From: Hormiphora californensis
Lineage: Eukaryota > Animalia > Ctenophora
Reading direction: 5' to 3'
Length of the DNA stretch: 64,000 bases
Assembly (NCBI GenBank): GCA_020137815.1
Contig: CM035353.1
Coordinates: 806,001 to 870,000 of the forward strand
Numbering within the stretch: the stretch's first letter is position 1; every line of letters begins with the position of its first letter. Below, one piece after another: positions 44,366 to 62,081 of the stretch. Both the position numbers and the translations under genes were made by a program. The notes under the pieces were generated by a model. That model saw only the letters and a list, made by a program, of their open reading frames with translations, was not told where the DNA came from and made no database searches.

Positions 44366-47300
44366 CTAGACACTTGTAGCGAATCCGACCCTCTCTGTAC
44401 CGTGATCGTAGACTGTATAGTACATCGCGTGAAACACATCACCCAATACCCACAGTAATCCTCGGGAACTCTTTACATCCTGGTGGGGGGGAGGGGGGAG
44501 GGGTGTTTATAATGGGTTGTTGGGGTTGATGTTTATGGGTAGTTGGGGTTTGGGGTGTTTATACTGGTCAGTGTGCTGGTTCGATAGGAAAGTGTCATTG
44601 GGGGGGGGGGGGGGGTGCAATAGATGGCACGGAGGGGGGTCTACTAACCTGGGGTGTAAAAGCAGAGAGGCACATAATCCCTCCACTTGTCTTCACTTTG
44701 TATACATACACTGAACTGGGTATGGGGAACTCACGACCCTGAAACATTATTATCAGCAATACTGAAGTGGAGGAAAATTTAATCAAGGGCACTGAATATC
44801 GCCTACATCGCTCATAAATGGATTCCATGGGACATGCTGTGTCAGAACCTCTTACTGATCTGATCAGTCAGATGGGGTGGGCGGCGCCAGACAGTACCTG
44901 GATTGTAAATATAATGTCGGGAAGCGTGCTGGAGGTGGCACAATCCACAAACCACATACCGCCCCACATTTGGCGGGCTCCAATGAATGTGTTGATATCG
45001 TAAACAGCGTTAACTGGGCCGACTATTAAAGATGTTCCACTGTCAACCACTGCATCACATCCCTGCAGGTGTTGAAGAGGGGGGTGAGGTGGGGGTGTTG
45101 AGGAGTGGAGGAAGGTGTTGAGGAGGGAATGATAAGATAGCTAGGTGAGGGGTGTTGGGGAGGAAGGTGTTGAGGAGGGAATGATAAGATAGCTAGGTGA
45201 GGGGTGTTGGGGAGGAAGCTGGTGAGGAGGGAATGAGGGGTGTTGTTTTCTTACCCTGTGGCACGCGATTGTTCCTTTTCGATTTGACAGGCTGAGATTA
45301 TCCACCTTGATCTGCCAGTAATCCTTCACTGTTAGGGGAGACCTGCAGGAAGTATCGGGCTACAATGTAAAGCGATCTCACTGTCTCGATAGTAACCTAG
45401 CCTGCAGGCTTCTTACCAGGAAACGACCGAACCGAATTGAACCAGATGCATTAAATTAACTTGTTATGTTTTAAGCGGAGCTTGCGAAAAGGGGGTCGAG
45501 CCAGGCAATAATTAACCGAACCGAACTACAGAAAACCGCCGAACCGAACTCAATTTTCGGTCGTTTCCAGCTGCTTCTTACCATGTTAGATTGCCGGTGA
45601 AAAAGTCAGAATTGTATCCACCAAGAGTAATCATTCCACCAGCTGTGGACTGCCTGCAATAAACACATTTTAGAGCCCTGTTTAGTGTTTTGATTGGATT
45701 GCTATAATAACAGGCCATCGTCAGAAACAGTGCGGGATAATCTACTGTTTTGAATACTCAATCAGAGCGATTGCACACAGACAAATGTATAATAAGTGCT
45801 TTATGTGAAAAGTGGTACAGCTCACTAACTTGTCTTTATTGATCCAGAAAGAGAACTGGGGAGACTCCAGGATACCTTGAGATACCATGTTGTCAAAGAG
45901 AGGGGTCACTCCGCCCCTAGCTATACTAGCAAACCCCAGACCTGTAGAAGCGATACAATATGCATTTCAATATTTCATTCATAGTTTGGTTACATGAAAA
46001 CCTATGAGTGAGCAACTGAAATTGAGCTCATAAAAACGGAGGTGGTATTGGTACCAATATTATAATTAAGAATGTTACTAATTAATTACAGTCGGACCCC
46101 GATTTACCGGGATGCTCGGGGGAAAGGGTTTTGCCCGGTAAATCGGGGTGTCCGGTATATCGGGGTCAAATACCGTTAATTTCCTAGATCGTGGGAAATT
46201 TATCCTCCCGGTAAATCGGGGTTCCGGTAAATCGGGGCCCGGTAAATCGGGGTCCGACTGTACCTATTATTCCATCGTACTTGGATGTGACCCAAACTCC
46301 GCCGGGTTGTTCCATAGCCTCCCCAAAAGTCTGCCCCTTTACAACTAGTGATCCAAGCTTGAAGGTGTCCTTTTTGGGAATAAATGTTGAGTTATATGGA
46401 TAAAAAACCTATAGGGAGGATGTTGGGGAGGGAGAGTTTGAAACACCCAATAACATTGTGCCTGAACTACCTGTGAAAGAAATCCCCTGAGTTTCCCGGA
46501 ACTATACACCAAGCTAAACTCTGTACCATTTGGGCTGTAAGATGAGGACCTGGTGGAGTCGTATCTTCTGTGTACCTGAGTATAAGGCACTATCATTATA
46601 TAAGGGATGGGTAGGGACCATAATCTTCCGATACTGGATAAAATACTATTTAGGTACAAAGACTTCTTATCAGCAAACTCGTTCTCTCCCACTACTCGTG
46701 TCTCGTTCTACCTATCTTGCATGCATGGTGTTAGTTTACATCCCTTATCAAAACCTAACTGACGGGTTTATACTTTCTCCCTTTAGTTGTTTGTTATTAT
46801 TAGAGGTTAACTGAACCCACTTTTTATTAGGGAAGAATGAACCCCAAAAAAGGAGGGCTGCTTTGTATTGGTATAGCACTAGTACTACAAATAGCTACTG
46901 GTGTACTTTGGGTATGTTTCGACGAGATAGACCCGGTGAACGCGCTCTTGGAATATCTCTTCACCTACAGTTTCTTCCTCGTTCCCGCCATTCTAAAGAT
47001 CACCCTCAGCCTCATACTTCTCGCCCTTTACATCTCCCTTGACACTGACGAGAAGAACGGAACGAAGGGAAAGGCTCTGGTTGTGGTATCTGTAACTGCC
47101 TTGATTCTCTATATTCTACAGGATGTAGCTTACAGCTTGATCTTCTGCCAACTACTGTATGCACTAGCGTTCAGCGAGCACCCTGACCCGATTATTATCG
47201 GCTGGATTTTTACTAGTGTGGTGTGTGTAGGTTTACCATTTATATGCTACACCGTCCTCTTTTCGTTTAACCTCAAGTTTGCTAGAGCACTACAGCCTCC

Positions 47301-50300
47301 AGCTAAACAGTACAGAGATGAACTGCTTTATGAGAGCGTTTAGAGTGTGGTGACATTGTCACCTAGCGCATCTGTGTAGCAAGGATGAGGTAGTAATGGT
47401 ACCACGTTTAGAGTGTGTGTTGATTTACCTAGCTTCAAGAAAATTGCGTCATAACTTAAAAATATTTCTTTCCACGAAAGTTGCTGATTTTTTTGTAACT
47501 CGGTTCTTGGTATCTACTAGATAAACTTACATTCCAAACTAATCAGGGGAAAATACAAAGTGTTTGCCTTGGGGAGGTTGTGCTGAGAAAAAATAATGGG
47601 ATTATTGCCCTAAGACCTGTGTCTGTATGGCGGCGCCATACCCCACTTGATTTTCAGTGCGCTCAGATTGGGTCACGGTGCCTAAGACCCCCTAATACCT
47701 TTGTTCCATGGGCAGAATTCGGCAAAATTTAGGCTGAATTACGCCTTTTATTATCTAGGCCCGACCTACGACAAGGCGTAATTCTGCCCATGGAACAAGA
47801 GTGTAAGACCCAATTTCAGATCAATGCGCTCAGATCGGGTCGGCAGCATCAGATTATTGCCCTAAGACCCAATTTTAATTTTCAGATCAGTGCGCTCAGA
47901 TCGGGTCGGCATGACGCCAGATAGTAAGTTGCAGCTTACCTGACATGCCCTATTGGTTGTGGGACACTTTTCTGAGGGTACCCAAACATTAGCAGAACCG
48001 GAGTCGAAGAGAACTCGGAACCTCTGACCAGGCGTCCCAATCTCGATCTGCGGGGGAGGAGGGTGTTAAACAGGTGTTGTTGCAGGGGAGTAGCTTGGGT
48101 GTTGGGGGAGTAGCAATTGGAGGTTGGGGAGTATATAAGTGGGTGTTGGGGAGTAGCAATTGGAGGCTGGGGAGTAGCTTGGGTGTTGGGGAGTAGCTTG
48201 GGTGTTGGGGAGTAGCTTGGGTGTTGGAGGAGTAACTTAGGTGTTGGGGAGTAACCTGGGTGTTGGTGGAGTAGCTTGGGTGTTGGGGAAGTAGCTTGGG
48301 TGTTGGGGAGTAACCTGGGTGTTGGTGGAGTAACTTAGGTGTTGGGGAGTAACCTGGGTGTTGGTGGAGTAGCTTGGGTGTTGGGGAAGTAGCTTGGGTG
48401 TTGGGGAGTAGCTTGGGTGTTGGGGAAGTAGCTTGGGTGTTGGGGGAGTAGCTTGGGTGTTGGGGAAGTAGCTTGGGTGTTGGGGGAGTAGCTTGGGTGT
48501 TGGGGGAGTAGCTTGGGTGTTGGGGAGTAGCTTGGGTGTTGGGGAGTAGCTTGGGTGTTGGGGGAGTAGCTTGGGTGTTGGGGAGTAGCTTGGGTGTTGG
48601 GGAAGTAGCTTGGGTATTGGGGAGTAGCTTGGGTGTTGGGGAAGTAGCTTGGGTGTTGGGGAGTAGCTTGGGTGTTGGGGGAGTAGCTTGGGTGTTGGGG
48701 AGTAGCTTGGGTGTTGGGAGTAGCTTGGGTGTTGGGGAAGTAAAGGCAAACCCAACCAACAATAGCCCTGCCGCGCGCCACCCCAAAAAGCATCTCAATA
48801 CCTACAGATTTTTTTCAGGTCTCGCGTGTTTTCTAAACTTTGCAAACTTCTCCAAATTTTACTTTACAACTTTTTCCAACTGTTCTTGCCACTTTTCAAG
48901 TCTTGATGGAAGTCTTTTGAGGCTGCATTTTCTGCTGAAAATGAATCCTTCTTTTGCAATTATCTTGCTTTCAGATGCTTTTGCCCTAAATGCTGTGTTC
49001 AAGGGCCAAATACCCTAACAGTGCGATAAAAGAGGGACAAAAGGTGGTTATTTGACTCCTGGACACACATAGCTTTTAGCGCCAAACCATTTGAAAGCAA
49101 GATAATGGCAAAATAAGGATTCAAACCCAGCACTGGGCCAGCAGAAAACGTAGCTTTAAATGGTGTCAATCAAAAGACAAAACCATAAGACAAAACAAAA
49201 TTAAATGTTAAAAGTACTGAAGTTTGCGAAGTTTTGAAAGCACAAGCGATACCTAATATGTTAAGGTGTTGGGATGCTTTCGGATCAATAAATTACCAAA
49301 TTCTAGCGTTTAGTAACCTGTAACACCCTTCTCTTCAGATTATCGCAACCTGAACCAGGGAAAATCTTCTCATAATTAAAGATGAATTAACTGAAGCGTT
49401 AAGGGTCCCGCTATTCTAACCCAGTCAAGGGAGCTGGGAGACGATGCAAGTGAATCAAATCATCAAGACCAGGTATGAACAGTTAAATGTTAATAATATC
49501 ATGTTAACGTGTGGTGTGCGCGTCAAAATTGATAAATTTCACATGCACGGTCATTTTGGGGTGACAACTTCAAAAAATCCGACTTTACATGCCAAAATGA
49601 CCAAAAAGTAGGGCCAAAAAAGCTAAACCCGCCCTAACTCTGGGATTGATCTGGCTTTTTTGGCCTTGTCCCCCCCCCCCCCATAACATTTATTATTACT
49701 CGTCTGACGTCTCAATCATTCTGACCACATCCACCACATCCCCGTTGAAGCCTACCATTTCGTGACATGTCTTACTTCCCCTTTAGACCCTCCCATTTCG
49801 TGACATGTCGCCAAGAATCGAACCCCGCCTGCAATAACTGCTACATTAAATCAGGTGGAAACAGCATGCGGAGAATGAGTAATGATAGAGTGAGGACAGA
49901 GTCATCGAATACTTCGATAAATAGTCTTAGTAACAGACAAAGTCGCCGCTATTCTAAACAAGTGGATGCCGCTATTATTAAGGTAAGTGTGGAAGATGGT
50001 TGGCAGGGTGGGGGGGGGGGGGGGTTGTAAAGATAACCAAATATCACTATGACAAGCACGGGTTACATAGTAAACTGGGGATTGTGTGGATTGTAGATCT
50101 TGTGGTTTTGTGCCCTAAATTGTGGTTGTGTGCCCTAAATCCATCAACTTCCTCTCCAGATATTGGATATGTTTCGGAACCTCCCCAGTTACCTCCCAAT
50201 CCAGAGGCACTGGGTTTCATGGACGGGCTCATGGAGGGTCGGAATACCAGACCATCTCTCACAGAGGTACTATCTTATCACACAGTTGCAGCTGTTATAT

Positions 50301-50670
50301 CTCCCCCCCCCCCACCCTTTTCGCTCCTTTCTCATCTCCCCTTTTATTTCTCCTCCCATTATGGGTCCAATACTAAACCATCCTCCCCCAATAATAGCCT
50401 ACCCCCTCTCTAGGGTCCAATACTACACAGTGGAAGATGGAAATAAGGAACTATCCCCGGATACAATAAGTAGATTGGACAGTAGACAGACCGATTCTCA
50501 CATTCCTAACTTACTCGAGCTATAATAACGGAACTTGCAACTGTGAGGCAGCAAACTCGTCTGGTAACCAGCACCGATGCGATCTATCATCTACCAATAT
50601 GGACTATGGAGGTAAATGAGTGGGTCGGGTAATTGCCAATTGGTTGGGTAATTGGCATAGATCGAGAGGG

Positions 50671-50767
<97 letters not shown>

Positions 50768-52092
50768 GGGATATGGGAGGAAGAAAGAGAGATTTGGAAG
50801 CCCGGGGTACATTCCCTTAACCGAAATGGCATTTCAATTTCCTGAGTTACTCGATATTATCAAAAAACTTTCTTTTTACAGATTGTTACAACAAGAAAGT
50901 GGAAGAAGGGGTTTAGGAGCTCTGGGATCTTTAATGAACTGCTGATCCTAGTTGATTGGTGAGTTTAAAACAGGCACAGGTGAAAGTAAGAGAGAACAAC
51001 TCTGATTTTGATGAAATAAGAATGTTCTTTGGTCTCTAAATCATTTGTTAACAGTCAACACATGGGACACGCAGTCTAAATTCTCATTTATTTCCATCTA
51101 ATCTCTGTTGTTGTTGTTAGTATCACTCTATCCTGTTTCACTTTCAGGTGTTTTATGAACGCGAAGAATATGACGTGATTATGGAAAAGATCCCAAATAT
51201 CGATGTGTTCACTGTTGGACGTATGTTAAAGGAGGAATGAAGTGAACAAGAACAATGAATCGGGAAGATAAAGAGTTTTTATAAAAACAATCAATTAATT
51301 TTCATACATTTGTGTTCGTTTGATTATTTGATTGTCCATTTTATTCTTATTTGGCTGATTAATATATTGGTCTACCGTATAATCAAAGATCCTTTCAATT
51401 TGTCACTGTCAGGTCCAATTTCCGATCCCTTTGTCCTCGTTCCCGCTCAAACGAAATGAAAGCACACCAACCTGCGCGCAAAACCGTTCAGAAGTCCGCG
51501 CGGGGTCACACTCACTGCTGACATTCGCATGCCATCTTTTAAACCCAACCCTTGTACGTAACGCGCGATGACTTGATTTGAGGGCTATTTTAGCTTGGGT
51601 TTTCGTTTAGCTTGGGTATTGGGGAGTAGAATATTTTGAAAGGGCTTGTTACGCATCCTACAAGGACCAATCAAGAAACACAGAACCTCACTGAGAGTTA
51701 TACACTATAGAAATGTATGTATAAAGTTATGTCATGTGTGACACCCTCAGAAACTGAAAACACGTACCTCTCCGTAAAACTGTGAGTTGGCGTAGTTACG
51801 GAGCAGAACGTCACTCTTGTCACCAGACCCCAGTAGAGCGTTGAGCATGAAGGGGTCCCCGCTCGCTAGGAGATCCTCAGCCACGGATGTATGCCGACCT
51901 GGGGATGAGGTAGTGGACCATGGGGAAAGGCAGTGTCAGGGGACCAAGGTGAAGAGGAAGAGGATGAGGCAGGGGATGGGGCAAGGTGGTAGTCGGTTAG
52001 TGGTTGCTACTTACTGAAGCCGTACCTAGTTTGATGTCTAACCCAGCAGTTAGTGCCGCCACCAATGCAACCCCAAATAGTAGAAACTTCAT
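44366..52092 (-). CDS. Pepsin-family (A1) cathepsin D-like aspartic protease, about 11 exons (52092-52026, 51898-51768, 48047-47940, 46575-46471, ~46369-46264, ... 44479-44366)
   Basis: Signal [29 protein letters not shown]|[37 protein letters not shown]|[33 protein letters not shown]...RVGFA. Confidence 0.93.
45417..45573. mobile_element. hAT MITE (CAGGAAACGACCGAA TIR) with 8-bp TSD cttcttac that duplicates a protease splice donor
   Basis: cttcttac at 45409-45416 and 45574-45581. Confidence 0.8.
46089..46260. mobile_element. Tc1/mariner-type MITE (TA|CAGTCGGACCCC...GGGGTCCGACTG|TA) abutting a protease donor; partial copy at about 11180-11253
   Basis: TIRs and TA flanks; internal ccggtaaatcgggg repeats. 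Confidence 0.8.
46837..47343 (+). CDS. Intronless 168-aa four-TM membrane protein of unknown family, nested antisense in protease intron 46576-47939
   Basis: ATG-to-stop ORF with four hydrophobic helices; C-terminal YESV. Confidence 0.75.
   Translation: MNPKKGGLLCIGIALVLQIATGVLWVCFDEIDPVNALLEYLFTYSFFLVPAILKITLSLILLALYISLDTDEKNGTKGKALVVVSVTALILYILQDVAYSLIFCQLLYALAFSEHPDPIIIGWIFTSVVCVGLPFICYTVLFSFNLKFARALQPPAKQYRDELLYESV
48080..48742. repeat. ~19-21-bp minisatellite (gggagtagcttgggtgttg)n next to the protease exon-3 acceptor
   Basis: About 30 units. Confidence 0.95.
49440..51240 (+). other. Possible nested antisense multi-exon gene or pseudogene in protease intron 48048-51767
   Basis: Exon-like AG...GT segments at about 49788-49982, 50160-50266, 50413-50611, 50882-50958 and 51148-51240; I could not join them into one open frame. 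Confidence 0.3.
50673..50764. repeat. (GA)n microsatellite; similar tracts at 62755-62963 and 63417-63820
   Basis: Direct. Confidence 0.95.
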
Positions 52093-52122
52093 AACTCCTG
52101 AATGTAGAAACACAATATATTA

Positions 52123-52268
52123 GGTACTAGTGAGGTACTAGTGAGGTACTATTGAGGTACTATTGGGGTACTATTGGGGTACTATTGAGGTACTAGTGAG
52201 GTACTATTGAGGTACTATTCAGGTACTATTGGGGTACTATTCAGGTACTATTGAAGCACTATTCAGTA
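52123..52268. repeat. 12-bp repeat (gaggtactattg)n upstream of the protease start codon
   Basis: About 11 units. Confidence 0.85.
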
Positions 52269-52880
52269 ATGGAACCAAAACTGCAAAGTCGACAGATAAC
52301 AGAGCACAGAATTTTTATGAGGCACTATGTTATTTAGTGGCCATGCTAAACCTGATTAACATAGTTCACTAATTCCAGAGGAAAGTGTGAAATGTCGGCA
52401 GGGGCTTTATAATAGTAGCCCGTAGTGGAGTCAAATCTAATGATCCCATGTCAATGCCGCATATTAAATGATAGGCCGCATTAAACTACTGGATAGAAGC
52501 CGCTGTTTCTATCAGAGGTAGATCTGTCTGGCTGATCAGCCGACCCGATCTTAGCGTAAAACCCGGGGTCTGGCGCCGCCTGTCAAAGACTTATAAAAAC
52601 AAATCCAGTGAGTATTGTTAAACTGTGAAATACAATGGAAGCAGTCACGGCTCACGGGGGGAGAATTTGACCGATATTATCTCTCTCGTGTCCATACCTC
52701 ATTATCTTCAGTCACGAGTTAAGTTGAGTCTCGTTGAGGCTTGTTTGTGCAGCAGTGTTTATCAGTTTGAGTGTCAAATAACACACATTTCCTTCTTTAG
52801 AGCTGCAACAAGAAATAATAGGTTGATATACAAAACTATAATATCACAATGATTTAATCGACATGCGTTTGTCTGTTTAC

Positions 52881-54228
52881 CAGGAAGCGACCGAATATTC
52901 GGTTCGGTTCGGTTCGGATCGGAAATTCGGTGTTTTTTGGGCGGTTCGGTTCGGTTCGGTTCGGTAGGAAATTTTGGCCGAACCACCGAATTTTTTGGTT
53001 AAAAAATGCCCAGAAATCGGGCTTTTTCATCCAAAATTTTTCAATTATTTCACGAAAATTTTATGGATTTCAATGTCAATTTCGCCGTATTAACCCTATT
53101 TAGAATCGGTGGTGCTATGTGGAAATGATTTCGCTAGCGGGTTCGATATGGATTGATTTTATACGTGACTTCCCATGGAATCATGTCCTCATAAGGGAGT
53201 CATCAAATTCAAAAACTTTTTTTTTCAAAAAATTTATGGAGAGCACCGATCAAGGTGTTAAGAATCATTCTCTGAAATTTTGTAAAAAAATTTGGAAAAT
53301 ATTTTAAAGTCAATTTTATGGAAAATTTTCTATGTCAAATTTTGCGTACGAATCGTGTTTCGAATCGGTATTGCTAAGCGGGAGTGATGTTGCTAATTAG
53401 TGGGTCCGAGATGGATTATGCTGATACGTGATCCCCCATCAAATCTAATTAGGAAGTTTAGGGGAAACGATTCATGTTTCAATAAATCCTGCTAATTAGC
53501 GAGAGCACTGCCGCATAGCATCACCTATTCGCAACACGATTCGTACGGCAAAATTGACATAGAATTTTTTTTTCCGAAATTGACTTTGAAATATTTTACA
53601 AAGTTTTTTCACAAAATTAGATGTTTCTCTAAAAATTCATGGAGAGCATCGATCAAGGTATTGAGAATCATTACCTGAAATTTTGTGAATTTTTTTTTGT
53701 GAAAAATATTTTAAGTAAATTATTGTATACGAATCGTGTTTCTAATCGACAATGCTAAACGGGAGTGATGTTGGTAATTAGTGGGTCCGAGATGGATTGT
53801 GCTGATACGTGATCCCCCATCAAATCTAATTAGGAAATTTAGAGAGACACGATTCATGGTTCGTTTAATCCTGCTAATTAGCAATACCATTCCCGTATAG
53901 CATTGCCGATTCGAAACACGATTCGTACGCAAAAATTGACATAGAAAATTTACGATAAAATTGACTTTGAAAATTTTTTCACAAAATTGACTTTGAAATT
54001 TTTTCAAACATTTTTTAACAAAATTTCAGAGAATGATTCTCAATACCTTGATCGGTGCTCTCCATGACTTTTTAGAGAAACATTTATACAGAAAAAGTTT
54101 TGTATGGTTCGGTTCGGTTCGGTTACCGAAATTCGGTTCGGTTCGGTTCGGTTCGGTTCGGTAAAAAAGTTTTTCAAATTCGGTTCGGTTCGGTTCGGTG
54201 GAAAAAAACCCGGTTCGGTCGTTTCCTG
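52881..54228. mobile_element. 1.35-kb non-autonomous hAT element with (TTCGG)n subterminal repeats
   Basis: TIR caggaagcgaccgaa/ttcggtcgtttcctg; perfect 8-bp TSD ctgtttac (52873-52880, 54229-54236); internal inverted repeats. Confidence 0.9.
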
Positions 54229-55003
54229 CTGTTTACATTTGCCCAAAATAAACAGTTGAGTAGATGCACAAGACCTCTCCCGTTCTTCGTCACTATGCTA
54301 TTATAATTGTCATATGTAACTTCATGTATCCACCCCGTTATATTTCATAGTTTAGAAGCATAGTCCGGTCACTATGATGATAATAATGGCACTATAATGC
54401 TAAATGTAGCCCCCACCCTTTATTCCAGAATCTTTTAGCACTCCAGTATTTTGTAATGCGTTTCACAACTCTATAATAACAGCTGTGCTGTGAGAGAGTT
54501 CTCAAAATACAATCACGAGGCACTCTTCACATACTATAATGTGTGATGCGGGATTGCGTCAAACTGTGTGGATTTTGAGCACTTTTGAGTAGCATGATGT
54601 CATTAAGGCTGATTACAAAACCCTTTTGACCAGTTGTAGAATGGGTCAAGGCGCCTTATATAAGGCACGAGTCTAGAAAACGTTGCAATACGAAATCACA
54701 TAAATATATAGGGAATGCTGCCAATATCCGGCTTGAAGAACATAATCTAATTTCCAATTCTTTATGCTTATACTTAAATTATATTTTACCGCTTATTCGC
54801 ACTCCTCCTAATCTCTGCTATTTTGTTATTTCGTCCGCTCTTTGCGTCTCCATATAATGTGACGACCTCGATCGATGGTGGCGTTGCCATTGTTTGTGAA
54901 TCCCATCACCCTCTCCAATAACTCGTCCCTATATGATTTATCAATACGACCCCCTGAACACGTTGACCTCCACACGGCCCCTAACTTGAACTTATTTAGT
55001 GTT

Positions 55004-59969
<4,966 letters not shown>

Positions 59970-61972
59970 CTTCAACAACTGGCTGAGATCTTGCAACAAG
60001 TAGCTAGAAGTGACGAGGAGTTATCATGTGATATGGAGTTCTATAAATGAATTCCATAAATATTAAGTGATATAATATGTTAATTGTAATTGATAATATC
60101 AATTACTGTAAAAGTAGTTGTTGTTGCGGTGCATTTAATTTCGTGTTATCTTCCAGGATTGAAAAACCGTTAAATTTTTTACCGTGAAACTTTTTTGGGA
60201 GATTAGTTTTTAAACAACAGTTTAGGGAGAAGAGAGATCCGCGAAAATTCTCAAACCGTGAAATATGTCAAAAATCATGAAGCCGTGGAAATTCTCACCA
60301 GCGGAAATATCAACTTATACAGTAATTGATAGTTTCAAATTATAGATTTCAAGCAGTTAAAGAATGTGTGATTTTCGTTTCATTGGTAGAACGCCCCACT
60401 TCCTGATATCTGATCTACTGTATAATGAATGGGAGACGGACGAACGCCTAATCGGACTCTAAATATATTAATAATACTTAGAGTCCGCTTTTTACTCAAA
60501 ATACAGGGAGGACTCAATGTCTACCAAGTTTAAAACAGGGGGGACTCTTTGTCTAAAACAAGGGGACGCTAAGTAAGTTTGGGGTCGAGGTTAGGGTTTG
60601 GGTATTATTAGGGTTAGGTTTAGGGTTGGGATTAGGTTTTAGACCTAAAGTCCGGGGACTCTTTGTCTAACGTCTGAGTATGGGGGACTCTATGTCTACC
60701 AAATCTAACTCAGGGGGACTCTATGCCTAAAGTCTAATGTTAGACTTAGAATCCGTTTTAGACTTAGAGTCCGCCTGAAACTTCACAATCCTTCTCTGTG
60801 TACCTGTCCGCAACTTCTGAGAAGGTTTCAGCCAAATTCGGAATTTTTTTTTGCAAATCTGAGCACCCTACTGTTACAGTAGGGTGCTTAGATTTGCGAA
60901 ATTACAGTACTGCTGTAGACATCATGCCCACTTGGTATCGAAGACACCTCACACTTTGTTTAGACCTTAGCTCAGGGCGACCTTCGCGCGCGCTGGCAAG
61001 GGGTAACTTCGTAACCAAATCACCCACACACTTCATACACACACACATCACCCACACACAAGACCAAACCTGTACGACAGGTTATTGATCACCGGCTGTA
61101 TAACAGCACGAGAGAGCCATCACTGGTATCGTGCAAGGATCCGAATATCATGATAACAATGTCGTGATTAACTGCTATAATAGCCCAACTGTTTGTCTGA
61201 GAATTCTGAAACATGAAAGATAGCATTTGCCGTACTGTGATTTTGACCACGCTCGATCAGATACTATTTCAAATCCGAGATTTCTAAACCCCTTATGATC
61301 TAGATTAGCTAAATTTAGCACATGTGTTATCCGGGTGAAGCTTGAATGATGTATACGCAGGAGGTATCTGAATTTCAGTTTACACAATTTAAACTGATCC
61401 AAATTTAAACTGATCCAAATTTGCATAGCTTTAACAAAACAAATGCAAACATGACCCAGAAATAGCCGCGATGACGTCCAAAAAAACAAAACAAAACATG
61501 ACCCATTCCCAAAATTGTCTTAATAACAACCGATCTTAATTTGACTTGTTTGGCCCTCCCTCCCTTTTTGGCACCAGGCTGAAAAAACAGGTACCACGCC
61601 CACCCGGAAATGAGGCGTTATATCACTCCCGAGCACATATGAATTATGAGTATCAGTGCTGCTTGCAGTCAAAATACGGTAACGCAAAATACAGTAAGGA
61701 GACGCGCACGGTGCATAACGCGCGGCAAAAAGTTCATGTGTCAGCACGTACTAGCGCCCTGATTGGTCACGGTTGCGCGTCGTCTTACTGTATCTTCGTT
61801 TTCCATTACCGTTTTCCCACTACAAGCGACCGTGTATGGGTTGGAATCGATAGAGGGGACCTCTAGGGCGACGTGTTGCTGGTGTAATGTCAGAGAGGGT
61901 TTCCCGGTTCACCCGGCTTATTAGAAAGGGTAGCAGTAGCAAAGTCATCATATGAGTGCCAGTGACAGATAC

Positions 61973-62081
61973 AACCTGAGAAATGGTTGCCGCTACATCC
62001 GACCTGAGAAAGAGAGATGATGGTTGCCGCTACATCCGACCTGAGAAAGAGAGGTGATGGTTGTCGCTACATCCGACCTGA
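61973..62081. repeat. Three ~37-bp tandem copies (atggttgccgctacatccgacctgagaaa), each containing a minus-strand tttctcag acceptor-like site
   Basis: Direct. Confidence 0.7.

Noticed and set aside
47989-49018. Pro/Thr-rich mucin-like ORFs
   Set aside because: Intronic minisatellite translations.
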